In this document: positions 11,331-22,678 of the stretch, one piece after another
How the letters are laid out: each line of letters opens with the position of its first letter
How positions within the stretch are numbered: position 1 is the stretch's first letter
Translations under genes and position numbers: made by a program
Assembly: GCF_001277255.1 (NCBI RefSeq)
Contig: NZ_CP012264.1
Coordinates: 975,230 to 999,229, forward strand
Reading direction: 5' to 3'
Source: Cronobacter condimenti 1330
GTDB lineage: Bacteria; Pseudomonadota; Gammaproteobacteria; Enterobacterales; Enterobacteriaceae
Length of the DNA stretch: 24,000 nucleotides
The notes under the pieces: model-generated
What the model was told of the DNA's origin: nothing
What the model saw: the letters and a program-made list of their open reading frames with translations, nothing else
Database searches by the model: none

Positions 11331-11603
11331 TTATTCTTCGCGGTTCCATTCGCGCCAGTGCATCCACAGGCATTTGCCCGCCACGGTCGTTATCAGCGAA
11401 CAGATAACCGACGCTACCGCGAGCTCAATAAAATAGGCGTTAAAGTCATCCAGGTAAGGCACCACGTTCACCACAGCGGCTACGTCGCGCAACTCGCTTG
11501 CGTGCAGCAGGGCGAATAGCGCATGCGGAATATTCAAAAAGAAGAAAATAAACAGCAGGCAAAAGATAATGGATTCAATGGTGTTAGCCCGGGTGACTCT
11601 CAT
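11331..11603 (-). CDS. Small hydrophobic protein, about 2 predicted transmembrane helices, function unknown
   Basis: 90-aa ORF that is the only sizeable frame in the 454-bp gap between maeA and iolI. It has two hydrophobic stretches (IESIIFCLLFIFFFLNIPHALFALL and YFIELAVASVICSLITTVAG) and a basic/aromatic tail (CLWMHWREWNREE). The tail loosely recalls YaiY/DUF2755-type proteins, but I cannot confirm that. The Shine-Dalgarno sequence is weak. Confidence 0.4.
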   Translation of the reverse strand: MRVTRANTIESIIFCLLFIFFFLNIPHALFALLHASELRDVAAVVNVVPYLDDFNAYFIELAVASVICSLITTVAGKCLWMHWREWNREE

Positions 11604-11734
11604 TGACGCGCTCGGTTCTGAATAAAGGACAACCCCGCCGACGCCTGGGGCCGCGGGGTCTGGCCTCGCATCATACCTGAAACCGCGTCCGACAACAGGT
11701 GATTTTATCGCCGGTTTACGGACGCGACGTCGCC

Positions 11735-12556
11735 TCAGGCGGCGTGCTGGCGCACGAGTTCAATGCTGTTCATTATCTCTCGTTCAATGTCAGCCTCGCT
11801 CCAGGTGGCGAGATCGGAGGAGAACGGCTCAAAAGCGTAAATGCCCTGATAGCCGCGCGCCTCAAGCGCTTTGACCTGCTCGACCGATTTCAGGCGATCG
11901 CCTGGCGTCAGCATAATGCGCTCATCGTCCGTCAGCGCGTCAAACGGACGCGTATCTTCCACGCCGGAGAGATGCACCAGCCCAATCATGGAAACCTCCA
12001 CCTGTGAAAACTCCTGCGCCGCCTGTGGGTAGAGCGCGTGATGGAAGGTGTCGATGAGAAGCTTAAAGGGCACGCTGGCGTCGCGGATTAGCGTCTGCGC
12101 CTGTGCGGCCGAACGCAGCGAGCTTTGCGGAAAACCGAGCGGCTCGACCAGCCCCTGAATGCCATAGCGTGTAAACCGCGGGGCGAGATCCTGTAAAGCC
12201 GCCAGGGTTTGTGCTGGGTCAATATGGCGACCGTCGTTAAGCGGGCAGAGCACCAGCCCCGCCGCGCCCACAGCCTGCGCCTCTTTTAGCAGCGACTCCG
12301 TCAGCTCTTGTACGGCGGGCGTGCGCTGGTTAAACGGGTAGACGGCATTGATGGTCACAATCTCAATCCCGTCACGCGCCGCCAGCTCGCGCACCTGCGC
12401 CGCGCTCAGATCGTCGGTGACGCTCCCGCTCGGCATATCATTACGCAGTTCCACTTTATTCAGCCCCAGGCGTTTCACCAGTTTAAAAAAAGACGGGATA
12501 TCCAGCGCGGGGGCGATTTTGCGATTCACACAGAAGCGGTGCAGTGCAACGGTCAT
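11735..12556 (-). CDS. iolI: IolI-like inosose isomerase/epimerase (xylose-isomerase-like TIM barrel)
   Basis: 273 aa counted from the ATG at 12556 (MTVALHRFCVNRK..), preceded by AGGAG. Motifs resemble B. subtilis IolI (IDTFHH vs LDSFHFH; LTDDERIMLTPGD vs LTDEDRVWPGQG). The 46 upstream codons of the track ORF run through AT-rich promoter DNA. Confidence 0.8.
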   Translation of the reverse strand: MTVALHRFCVNRKIAPALDIPSFFKLVKRLGLNKVELRNDMPSGSVTDDLSAAQVRELAARDGIEIVTINAVYPFNQRTPAVQELTESLLKEAQAVGAAGLVLCPLNDGRHIDPAQTLAALQDLAPRFTRYGIQGLVEPLGFPQSSLRSAAQAQTLIRDASVPFKLLIDTFHHALYPQAAQEFSQVEVSMIGLVHLSGVEDTRPFDALTDDERIMLTPGDRLKSVEQVKALEARGYQGIYAFEPFSSDLATWSEADIEREIMNSIELVRQHAA

Positions 12557-12818
12557 CTTACTCTCCTGAAAGCAACAGAATGAAATAGTCAGCCTGCCTT
12601 TAATCAAAACATTTATTTCATAATTGGCAATGTTTGAAAATCTGCTTCTTTGATCGACTTCGCAAAAAATAGTGGAGCCGTGGCAGCTGAGCAAGTAAAT
12701 GGGCCAGTAATCCGCCGTATTTCAGAGGGTAAAGCCAGGGTGTGGAACGAGCCTTGCGGGCGGAGAAGATGAAAATGCGACCAGAGTCACCAAAATTAAA
12801 TTTCATTTGTATGTTTTA

Positions 12819-12838
12819 TTGAAATATTCATTTCATTT
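12819..12838. promoter_or_regulatory. IolR-operator-like inverted repeat in the iolI/iolA divergent spacer
   Basis: tTGAA-atattcat-TTCATtt, matching 9 of 10 arm positions of the ATGAA-N8-TTCAT pattern seen upstream of iolR. A further TTTCATTT lies at 12801-12808. The site is about 90 bp upstream of the iolA ATG. Confidence 0.4.
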
Positions 12839-12917
12839 GACCAGGATAAAGGCAGATGTTTTCACCGCGAGCCGCCGCGGCTCCGGCATTGACCCCCTCC
12901 AGACGACGAGGCTAAGC

Positions 12918-14423
12918 ATGAATATCACAGGAAACTTTATCGGCGGGAAAATCTGTCACAGCAGCAGCAACCAGACGGTACCTATCTTTGATCCTGCCAC
13001 GGGTAAACCGGTGCGCGAACTGACGCAATCCACGGCGCAGGAGGTCGCGGGGGCGATTCAGGTCGCGCATGAGGCGTTCGCCAGCTGGTCAAACACCACG
13101 CCGCTGCGCCGCGCCAGAGTGCTGTTTCATTTCAAAATGCTGCTGGAACAACACGCTGAAGAACTGGCGGCGATTATCGTCAGTGAACACGGCAAGGTAT
13201 GGTCGGATGCGATGGGCGAACTGACCCGCGGAATGGAAGTGGTGGAGTTCGCCTGCGGCATTCCGCACCTTATTAAAGGTGAGTACTCCTCGGATGTCGG
13301 CACGCGCGTTGATAGCTACTCGCTGATGCAGCCGCTCGGCATGGTTGCCGGGATCACCCCGTTTAACTTCCCGGCGATGGTGCCGATGTGGATGTTCCCG
13401 ATAGCGCTTGCCTGCGGCAACAGTTTTGTGCTCAAGCCGCCCGCGCTGGCGCCGACTGCCGCGGTGCGCATGGCGGAGCTGCTGAAAGAGGCCGGGTTGC
13501 CGGACGGCGTGTTTAACGTCGTGCATTGCAGCAATGAAGATGCGGAGCAGCTTTACACCGATCCGCGTATCGCGGCGGTCAGTTTCGTTGGTTCATCGGG
13601 CGTGGCGGAGCATATCTACAAAACCGCCAGCGCGTACGGTAAACGTGTACAGGCGTTTGGCGCGGCGAAAAACCACGCCATCGTGATGCCGGATGCCGAC
13701 CTTGATGCGACGGTCAACGCCATCATGGGCGGTGCGTTTGGCTCGGCGGGCGAGCGCTGCATGGCGCTGCCGGTCGTCGTCGCGGTGGGCGATGAAACGG
13801 CGGATAAACTTATCGCGCGCCTGACGCCGCTGGTGGAGGCGCTGAAAGTAGGGCCAGGCTGTATGCGCGGGCCTGAAGAAAACGAAATGGGGCCGGTCGT
13901 CTCAGATGCTCACCAGAAAAAAGTGCTGGGCTATATTGAGAAAGGCGTCAATGAAGGCGCGAAGCTGGTGGTCGATGGTCGCCGTTTCCGCCTGCCGGGG
14001 TATGAAGCGGGCTATTACGTCGGCGGCACGCTGTTTGATAACGTGACCCCGGAGATGGTTATCTGGCGTGAAGAGATCTTCGGACCGGTGCTCGGCATTG
14101 TGCGAGCGCCCGATTACGACAGCGCGCTGGCGCTGATTAACAGCCATGAGTTCGGCAACGGCAGCGCGATTTTTACCAGCAACGGCCACACGGCGCGCGA
14201 ATTCGTGCATGACGTGCAGGCGGGTATGGTGGGCGTCAATGTGCCGGTGCCGGTACCGATGGCCTTCCACAGCTTCGGCGGCTGGAAACGCTCGGTCTTC
14301 GGCGCGCTCAATGTCCACGGGCCGGACGGCGTACGTTTCTACACTCGCATGAAAACCGCCACGGTGCGCTGGCCGCAGGGGCAACAGACCGTCTCTGAAT
14401 TCAGCATGCCGACGCTGGGTTAA
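12918..14423 (+). CDS. iolA: Methylmalonate-/malonate-semialdehyde dehydrogenase (CoA-acylating) IolA/MmsA
   Basis: 501 aa counted from the ATG at 12918 (MNITGNFIGGK..). It belongs to the aldehyde dehydrogenase family, with the catalytic-Cys region GERCMA and the FPIALACGNSFVLKP motif, and sits in an iol context. Confidence 0.93.
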   Translation: MNITGNFIGGKICHSSSNQTVPIFDPATGKPVRELTQSTAQEVAGAIQVAHEAFASWSNTTPLRRARVLFHFKMLLEQHAEELAAIIVSEHGKVWSDAMGELTRGMEVVEFACGIPHLIKGEYSSDVGTRVDSYSLMQPLGMVAGITPFNFPAMVPMWMFPIALACGNSFVLKPPALAPTAAVRMAELLKEAGLPDGVFNVVHCSNEDAEQLYTDPRIAAVSFVGSSGVAEHIYKTASAYGKRVQAFGAAKNHAIVMPDADLDATVNAIMGGAFGSAGERCMALPVVVAVGDETADKLIARLTPLVEALKVGPGCMRGPEENEMGPVVSDAHQKKVLGYIEKGVNEGAKLVVDGRRFRLPGYEAGYYVGGTLFDNVTPEMVIWREEIFGPVLGIVRAPDYDSALALINSHEFGNGSAIFTSNGHTAREFVHDVQAGMVGVNVPVPVPMAFHSFGGWKRSVFGALNVHGPDGVRFYTRMKTATVRWPQGQQTVSEFSMPTLG

Positions 14424-14440
14424 TATTTCCAGGAGGAGCC

Positions 14441-15250
14441 ATGTCATTACTTGCAAAGGCGCAGCGCGACGCGCGCCATCTTCAGCACATCACGCCGGAG
14501 CGCGCCGGCTGGCGCTATATCGGCTTTGATGTCTGGATGTTGAAACAGGGCGAGACGTTAACGCTTGAAAGCGGCGACCGGGAGCTTTGCCTGGTGCTGG
14601 TGGCAGGGCTCGCCTCGGTGAAAACCCAGACGGCGGATTTTTCGGGTCTCGGCGGGCGGATGTCGCCGTTTGAACGCACGCCGCCGTGGTCGGTCTATGC
14701 CCCGGTGCAGGAGCGCATTGAAGTAACCGCCGATTCAGATCTGGAGCTGGCTGTGTGCAGCGCGCCGGGCAAAAGCGGGCGGGTTGCGCGGGTCATCGCC
14801 CCTGAGGATGTCGGGGTCGAGCACCGTGGAAAAGGGCGTAATCAGCGTCTGGTGCATAACATTCTGCCGGACACCGGCGAGGCGGATTGCCTGCTGGTGG
14901 TGGAAGTTTATACCGAGGAGGGCGCGACCAGTTCGTGGCCGGCGCACAAGCACGACACCCCGGTGCCGGGCAAAGAGACGCAGCTTGAAGAGACCTACTA
15001 TCACCGCTTCGACCCGCCGCAGGGGTTCGCGTTTCAGCGCGTCTACACCGACGACCGCAGCCTGGACGCCTGCATGGCGCCTTACAATCACGACGTGGTG
15101 ATGGTGCCGCGCGGCTATCATCCGGTGGCGGCAGTGGCAGGTTATGACAGCTATTACCTGAACGTGATGGCAGGGCCAGAGCGCAAATGGCTGTTTACCT
15201 GGGAGGAAGACCACGCCTGGATTAACAGCGACGACTATCCACATCGATGA
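14441..15250 (+). CDS. iolB: 5-deoxy-glucuronate isomerase IolB
   Basis: 269-aa ORF preceded by AGGAGG. Blocks conserved with B. subtilis IolB include NILPD, LLVVEVYT, WSS.P.HKHD, EETYYH, QGF.FQRVYTDDRS and YYLNVMAGP.RKW. Confidence 0.93.
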   Translation: MSLLAKAQRDARHLQHITPERAGWRYIGFDVWMLKQGETLTLESGDRELCLVLVAGLASVKTQTADFSGLGGRMSPFERTPPWSVYAPVQERIEVTADSDLELAVCSAPGKSGRVARVIAPEDVGVEHRGKGRNQRLVHNILPDTGEADCLLVVEVYTEEGATSSWPAHKHDTPVPGKETQLEETYYHRFDPPQGFAFQRVYTDDRSLDACMAPYNHDVVMVPRGYHPVAAVAGYDSYYLNVMAGPERKWLFTWEEDHAWINSDDYPHR

Positions 15251-15263
15251 CAGTATGAAAAAC

Positions 15264-15290
15264 AAAAACGGCCCTGAGGGGCCGTTTTTT
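15264..15290. terminator. Bidirectional rho-independent terminator between convergent iolB and iolR
   Basis: AAAAA-CGGCCC-tgag-GGGCCG-TTTTTT. This is a perfect 6-bp GC stem flanked by an A-run and a T-run, so it reads as a terminator on both strands. Confidence 0.8.
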
Positions 15291-15311
15291 ATGAGGCTTC
15301 AAACTAAAACG

Positions 15312-16166
15312 TCAGGCCGTCTGCTGCTGCGCGGATTTGCTGTTATTGAGCGCAAGCGACACGGCCAGCGTCTGGGCGAGACAGAGCGAGGCTACCTGTG
15401 AACGGAACCCATCGACCTGGGCTTCGCGCACCACAAAACAGACGTCGCTGAAGGCGGCGAGCGGGCTGACCTGGCTGTCGGTAATCGCAATCTGGCGTGC
15501 TTTGCGCTGGGCACCCAGCTCTACCAGTTCCACCACTTCGCGGGAATACGGCGAGAAACTGACCGCCACCACCACATCTTTTGGCCCCACGAGGCTTAGT
15601 TGCTCGGTAAACATGCCGCCCAGCCCGTCAATCAGAAACGCTTTGCGGTCGAGGTGGCGCAGCGCGTAGGTGAGGTAAGAGGCGACGCTGAACGAACGGC
15701 GCAGGCCAATGACGTAAATATTTTCCGCCCCGGCCAGCAGGTTAACGGCTTTTTCCAGCTCTTCCGGCGCCATCTGCATCGCCAGCTGCTGGAGCGCCTG
15801 GGTGTTAACCATCGTAAACATGCTGAGGATTTCGCCTGGCGTTTCCGGCGCGCTGGTCTCTTCGCTCGCCGTCTGGCGGAACAGACGCGCGCGTTCGGTA
15901 TAGTTGGCGGTCTCTTCCATCAGATGCTGTCTGAACATCTGTTTCATTTCATTAAAGCCGCTGAAACCAAAGGCATTGGCGAAACGGATAAGCGTTGACG
16001 GCGGCACGTCCGCCTGCTGGGCGATAGAGGCAACGGTATCAAACGCCACGCTATTGCTGTTATCGAGAATGTAGCGCGCCACCTGTTTTAGTCGTTTGCT
16101 GAGCTCGTCATACCGGCGACGAATTTCATCCTGAAGGATGGAGAGCTGGGTCGGGTTATTTGCCAT
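15312..16166 (-). CDS. iolR: RpiR/MurR-family transcriptional repressor (HTH_6 + SIS domains), IolR of enterobacterial type
   Basis: 284-aa ORF. The N-terminal RpiR-type HTH (LSKRLKQVARYILDN.., ASIAQQADVPPSTLIRFANAFGFSGFNEMK) is followed by a SIS sugar-phosphate-binding domain. Its position inside the iol cluster matches the Salmonella-type IolR, which is RpiR family, unlike the DeoR-type IolR of Bacillus. Confidence 0.85.
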   Translation of the reverse strand: MANNPTQLSILQDEIRRRYDELSKRLKQVARYILDNSNSVAFDTVASIAQQADVPPSTLIRFANAFGFSGFNEMKQMFRQHLMEETANYTERARLFRQTASEETSAPETPGEILSMFTMVNTQALQQLAMQMAPEELEKAVNLLAGAENIYVIGLRRSFSVASYLTYALRHLDRKAFLIDGLGGMFTEQLSLVGPKDVVVAVSFSPYSREVVELVELGAQRKARQIAITDSQVSPLAAFSDVCFVVREAQVDGFRSQVASLCLAQTLAVSLALNNSKSAQQQTA

Positions 16167-16217
16167 GTATCGTGCCTGAAAAAGGGGAAAAAGAAGGAAA
16201 GCTTGTGTCAGTGTATC

Positions 16218-16239
16218 AAATGAAGCGAATTTTTCATTT
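16218..16239. promoter_or_regulatory. IolR-operator-like perfect inverted repeat upstream of iolR (site 1)
   Basis: AAATGAA-gcgaattt-TTCATTT, with 7-bp perfect arms and an 8-bp spacer. It lies 52-73 bp upstream of the iolR ATG. Confidence 0.5.
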
Positions 16240-16245
16240 TCCCGG

Positions 16246-16265
16246 ATGAAATACGCGATTCATTT
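16246..16265. promoter_or_regulatory. IolR-operator-like inverted repeat upstream of iolR (site 2)
   Basis: ATGAA-atacgcga-TTCATtt, with the same arm sequence and 8-bp spacer as site 1. The two centres are 26 bp apart. Confidence 0.5.
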
Positions 16266-16280
16266 CACGAAGCAGGAAGG

Positions 16281-16305
16281 CGCGGAGCGGCAGGGCCGCT
16301 CCGCG
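16281..16305 (-). other. GC-rich stem-loop immediately downstream of iolC (no U-tract)
   Basis: CGCGGAGCGG (16281-16290), loop CAGGG, CCGCTCCGCG (16296-16305), a perfect 10-bp stem. It lies 6 nt after the iolC stop and neither strand has a following T-run. Confidence 0.5.
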
Positions 16306-16311
16306 TGAAGA

Positions 16312-18225
16312 TTAACGGCGGGCCTCGCGCCAGAAGCCGATAAGGGTAAGGTAATTGTTTTTCACCTCGCGGATGAGTGCGTCATCGCTCAGCTCGCCCT
16401 GCATCCAGCGGCGCGACGGATGGCCGAAAATCGTTCGTCCGACCGCGAAGCCTTTAATGACAGGGTGTGTCGCCGCCTCCGCGAACCCTTCACGCAACTG
16501 CTCCTGCGGCGCATCGAGACCCAGCAGCAGGATGCCGCGGCAGTCAGGATCTTCGCGCTCAATCAGCCCGCTAATAGCCTGCCACTGTTCGCTTGCCAGC
16601 GGCGGCAGTTTCCACCAGTCCGGTTTGATGCCGAGCTGGTAGAAATGCGCCAGCATGGCGTGATAGTGCGCTGGATCTTTATCCGGCCCGTTCTCCGGCA
16701 GGATAACTTCCAGTAGCAGCTCATGGCCCGACTGATTACAGGCGCGCCACACCTCCAGCAGCAGCGCGTCCTGCGCGTCGCGAAGCGCCTGTGGATCGTG
16801 CGGATGGTAGAACACCAGGCATTTCACGACATGTTCGGCAGGCCAGCTCACCAGCTGTGAGCCGATATCGCCATGTTCAAGGCGCAGCGGGCGGGAACCT
16901 GGCAGTTCAATCGGGCGGCCAATCCACCAGCCCTGGCCGGTAATGGCGTTCAGAGCGCGCTGACCGTAGGTGCTGTCCGCCAGAATGCCGCTGCGCCCTT
17001 CAAGCCCCGCCTCTTGCGAGGCGGCCATCGCCGCCTGTAACAGCAGCTGTTTGAGGGCCGGGATACGCGCGTCGTCGCAGCCGGTATCGCGGGCCAGATC
17101 GGCGAGCTGTTTACGGTGGTCGAAGGCGAAGATGCACAGTTCCGGCCAGGCCTGACGGCGGGCGGTCACGCGATGCAGATGGTTTAAGCGATCGTCGAGA
17201 TCCGGGCGCGGCACCGCATCGGCACGCGCCAGATAGTCATCAAGTTCAGCACGGGTCGGCATCGCCGGCGCGCAGCCGTGGCGCGACACCACCAGCGCGC
17301 CGCAGGCGTTGGCGTAGCGGCAGGCCTGTTCCCAGCCTTCATCATTCAGCCAGCCGCGTAGCAGCCCGGACATGAACGCATCGCCCGCGCCCAGCACGTT
17401 CAGCACATCGACGCGCACGCCCTGATAGAGCGGGATAGTGTCCCAGCTGTCCGGCACTGCGCCTTCCAGCACCACGCAGCCCATCGGCCCGCGTTTGCAG
17501 ACCAGCGTCGCCTGGGTGGCGTGGCGCACGTTTTTCAGCGCCGTCAGCGTGTCGGTGCTGCCGCCTGCGATATGAAACTCCTCTTCGGTGCCGACGACGA
17601 GATCAAACAGGTGCAGCACTTCCTGAAGCTGGCGCGTCACGGGCTCTGACTCGACATAACGTGTTTCGCCATCGCCTGGTGAAGTCAGCCCCCACAGAAC
17701 CGGGCGGTAGTCGATATCCAGCGCCGTGCGCAGCCCGTGACGGCGCGCGTACTCCAGCGCTTTTAGCACCGCCGCGCGGGTGTCCGGGTGCGAGAGGTGC
17801 GTGCCGGTCACCGCCAGTGCGCGGGCGCAGGCGATGTAATCCTCGTTGATATCCTGCGGCGTCAGCGCCATGTCGGCGCAGTTGTCGCGATAAAAAATCA
17901 GCGGGAACGTCTCCTGATCTTTAATGCCGAGCATCACCAGCGCCGTCAGTCGCTGTTTATCAGTAATGAGATAGTCGGTATTGACGCCCGCGCGGCTGAG
18001 CGTTTCACGCAGGAAGCGTCCGTTATGTTCATCCCCCACGCGGGCCAGCATCGCTGATTTCAGCCCCTGGATCGCGGTGCCGAAGGCGACGTTCCCGGAT
18101 GAGCCGCCGAGATATTTGGCAAAGCTTGTCACATCTTCAAGCCGGGCGCCGATCTGCTGCGCGTAGAGATCCACGGCAACCCGACCAATACAAATGACAT
18201 CGAGCCGCTTAACTGCTGCATTCAT
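16312..18225 (-). CDS. iolC: Fused 5-dehydro-2-deoxygluconokinase (PfkB) + DUF2090/IolC-C domain (putative DKGP aldolase)
   Basis: 637 aa counted from the ATG at 18225 (MNAAVKRLDVICIGRVAVDLYAQQ..), which has AAGGAA 9 nt upstream. The alternative ATG at 18246 has a poorer RBS. The N-terminal half has PfkB kinase motifs (GGSSGNVA, NVLGAGDAF). The C-terminal roughly 300 aa (..CIFAFDHR.., ..KPDWWKLP.., ..GFAVGRTIF..) is the domain found fused to IolC in many proteobacteria. Confidence 0.9.
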   Translation of the reverse strand: MNAAVKRLDVICIGRVAVDLYAQQIGARLEDVTSFAKYLGGSSGNVAFGTAIQGLKSAMLARVGDEHNGRFLRETLSRAGVNTDYLITDKQRLTALVMLGIKDQETFPLIFYRDNCADMALTPQDINEDYIACARALAVTGTHLSHPDTRAAVLKALEYARRHGLRTALDIDYRPVLWGLTSPGDGETRYVESEPVTRQLQEVLHLFDLVVGTEEEFHIAGGSTDTLTALKNVRHATQATLVCKRGPMGCVVLEGAVPDSWDTIPLYQGVRVDVLNVLGAGDAFMSGLLRGWLNDEGWEQACRYANACGALVVSRHGCAPAMPTRAELDDYLARADAVPRPDLDDRLNHLHRVTARRQAWPELCIFAFDHRKQLADLARDTGCDDARIPALKQLLLQAAMAASQEAGLEGRSGILADSTYGQRALNAITGQGWWIGRPIELPGSRPLRLEHGDIGSQLVSWPAEHVVKCLVFYHPHDPQALRDAQDALLLEVWRACNQSGHELLLEVILPENGPDKDPAHYHAMLAHFYQLGIKPDWWKLPPLASEQWQAISGLIEREDPDCRGILLLGLDAPQEQLREGFAEAATHPVIKGFAVGRTIFGHPSRRWMQGELSDDALIREVKNNYLTLIGFWREARR

Positions 18226-18576
18226 AGCTACGGTTTCCTTTTGCATGCCTGCTTCACGAGAGGGCCGGAGAGCCGGCGGCGCGCCCGCAAGCAGCCTGAG
18301 GGTTAACGGTTGAACGTAGTATGAGAAATAAATATTTCATTTACAAATTACTTTGAAACTAAAAATCCAGAAATGTGAGGGCTATTCCACTCTGCGCGGC
18401 GTCAGGCCAGAGTCGTTATGCCTGCGCGCCGCCCGTGACGCCAACATACCTGATAACGAGAAACGCATAGCCTTTACGGGGTTATACGCGTGGCGTTGCC
18501 GTTTCGGTTTGCGGCATTTCGCGATCCCCGCCACAGAAAAACACGCATGGCGAAACAGAGTTTGATCTTTCTCTCA

Positions 18577-18592
18577 AAATGAAACATTTCAT
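18577..18592. promoter_or_regulatory. IolR-operator-like palindrome upstream of iolD
   Basis: AAATGAAACATTTCAT contains ATGAAA-ca-TTTCAT with perfect 6-bp arms. It shares the 12-mer AAATGAAACATT with 23905-23916 and, as reverse complement, with 23664-23675. It lies about 125 bp upstream of the iolD ATG and about 35 bp upstream of a perfect TATAAT at 18626-18631. Confidence 0.4.
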
Positions 18593-18713
18593 CTGTATTT
18601 TGGTTTTATGGAAAATATGTTTGCCTATAATCCAGACAGATTCCGGCAGGCAGTTCGCTTTTACACAGCCTAAAGCGAGCCTGCATGACACTGGCATAAA
18701 AAGGAAGGCGAAA

Positions 18714-21727
<3,014 letters not shown>

Positions 21728-21761
21728 GCCGCAGCCTGACCACGAATCCGACGAGGGTTAT

Positions 21762-22646
21762 ATGAAAATCGCATTTGACGTGGACGTCATTAAAGACCTC
21801 GGGATAACCCGCATGGTCCAGCAGGTCGCGGAGTGGGGTTATAAATACATCGAGCAGTCGCCGCACCCGCAAATCAATCCGTTTTATAAGCACCCGAAAG
21901 CGGGCCGCGAGATTATCGCCGAGTATAAAAAGGCGCTGCGCGACACCGGCGTTGAGCTTTCGTCATTTATTTGCGTCTACCGCTGGTCTGGCCCGGATGA
22001 GCTGCGCCGCCAGGCGGCAGTGAAAAACTGGAAGCGGCTAATCGAAATCGCTATCGAGATGGATGTGCAGGTGATTAACACCGAGCTTTCCGGCGACCCG
22101 AACCAGCCTGAAATTTGCGAAGAGATGTTCTACCGCTCCATGGAAGAGTTGCTGCCCATTTTCGAGCGCGAAGGGCTTCGTGTGGAGATCCAGGCGCACC
22201 CGTGGGATTTCTGCGAAGAAAATAACGAAACCGTGGATATCGTGAAGTCGTTTCGCAGCGACAACGTGAAGTATGTCTACAGCGTGCCGCATACCTTCTT
22301 TTATGACAAAGGCAAAGGGGAGGTGGAGAAAATGCTGCGCTATGCCGGGGACGATCTCTCGCATGTCCTGATTGCCGACACCATGAACCACACCCGCCAT
22401 TGCCGCTACATCGTCAACCCGCCGGGCGTCGACGCCGCGGTCCATCAGCATGTGGGCGTGGGCGAGGGCGAGGTGGATTTTCAGGCGCTGTTCAGCACGC
22501 TGCGTGATATGGGGTTCGCCCGCCAGAGCTTTAAGGTGGGCGGCGAGCCGATTGTCGCCGCGTCGCTCTTCGGTTACCCGGAGAAAATGAAATACCAGGC
22601 GGTGGAAACCCGTGAACTGATTGAGCGCGAACTGCTGGGCCGTTAA
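21762..22646 (+). CDS. iolH: IolH (xylose-isomerase-like TIM-barrel protein; biochemical role not established)
   Basis: 294 aa counted from the ATG at 21762 ([15 protein letters not shown]..), preceded by GAGGG. It is collinear with B. subtilis IolH ([35 protein letters not shown] blocks). The upstream part of the track ORF overlaps the end of iolG. Confidence 0.85.
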   Translation: MKIAFDVDVIKDLGITRMVQQVAEWGYKYIEQSPHPQINPFYKHPKAGREIIAEYKKALRDTGVELSSFICVYRWSGPDELRRQAAVKNWKRLIEIAIEMDVQVINTELSGDPNQPEICEEMFYRSMEELLPIFEREGLRVEIQAHPWDFCEENNETVDIVKSFRSDNVKYVYSVPHTFFYDKGKGEVEKMLRYAGDDLSHVLIADTMNHTRHCRYIVNPPGVDAAVHQHVGVGEGEVDFQALFSTLRDMGFARQSFKVGGEPIVAASLFGYPEKMKYQAVETRELIERELLGR

Positions 22647-22678
22647 GGCGCAGCCGGTCGCGACCTGAGAGGCGCATT

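Noticed and set aside
13125-13132. TTTCATTT occurs inside iolA coding sequence. There is also AAATGAAA at 22585-22592 inside iolH and at 3469-3476 upstream of yncE.
   Set aside because: These are isolated 8-mers without the partner half-site at N8 spacing. The coding copies are explained by Phe-His-Phe and Lys-Met-Lys codons. They are probably chance occurrences of the core.
18353-18565. A 70-aa ORF lies in the iolC/iolD spacer, and a 113-aa antisense ORF lies at 18482-18823.
   Set aside because: The first starts at TTG without an RBS, and its translation is not protein-like (Cys/Arg/Trp-rich with no hydrophobic core pattern). The second overlaps the iolD start in antisense.
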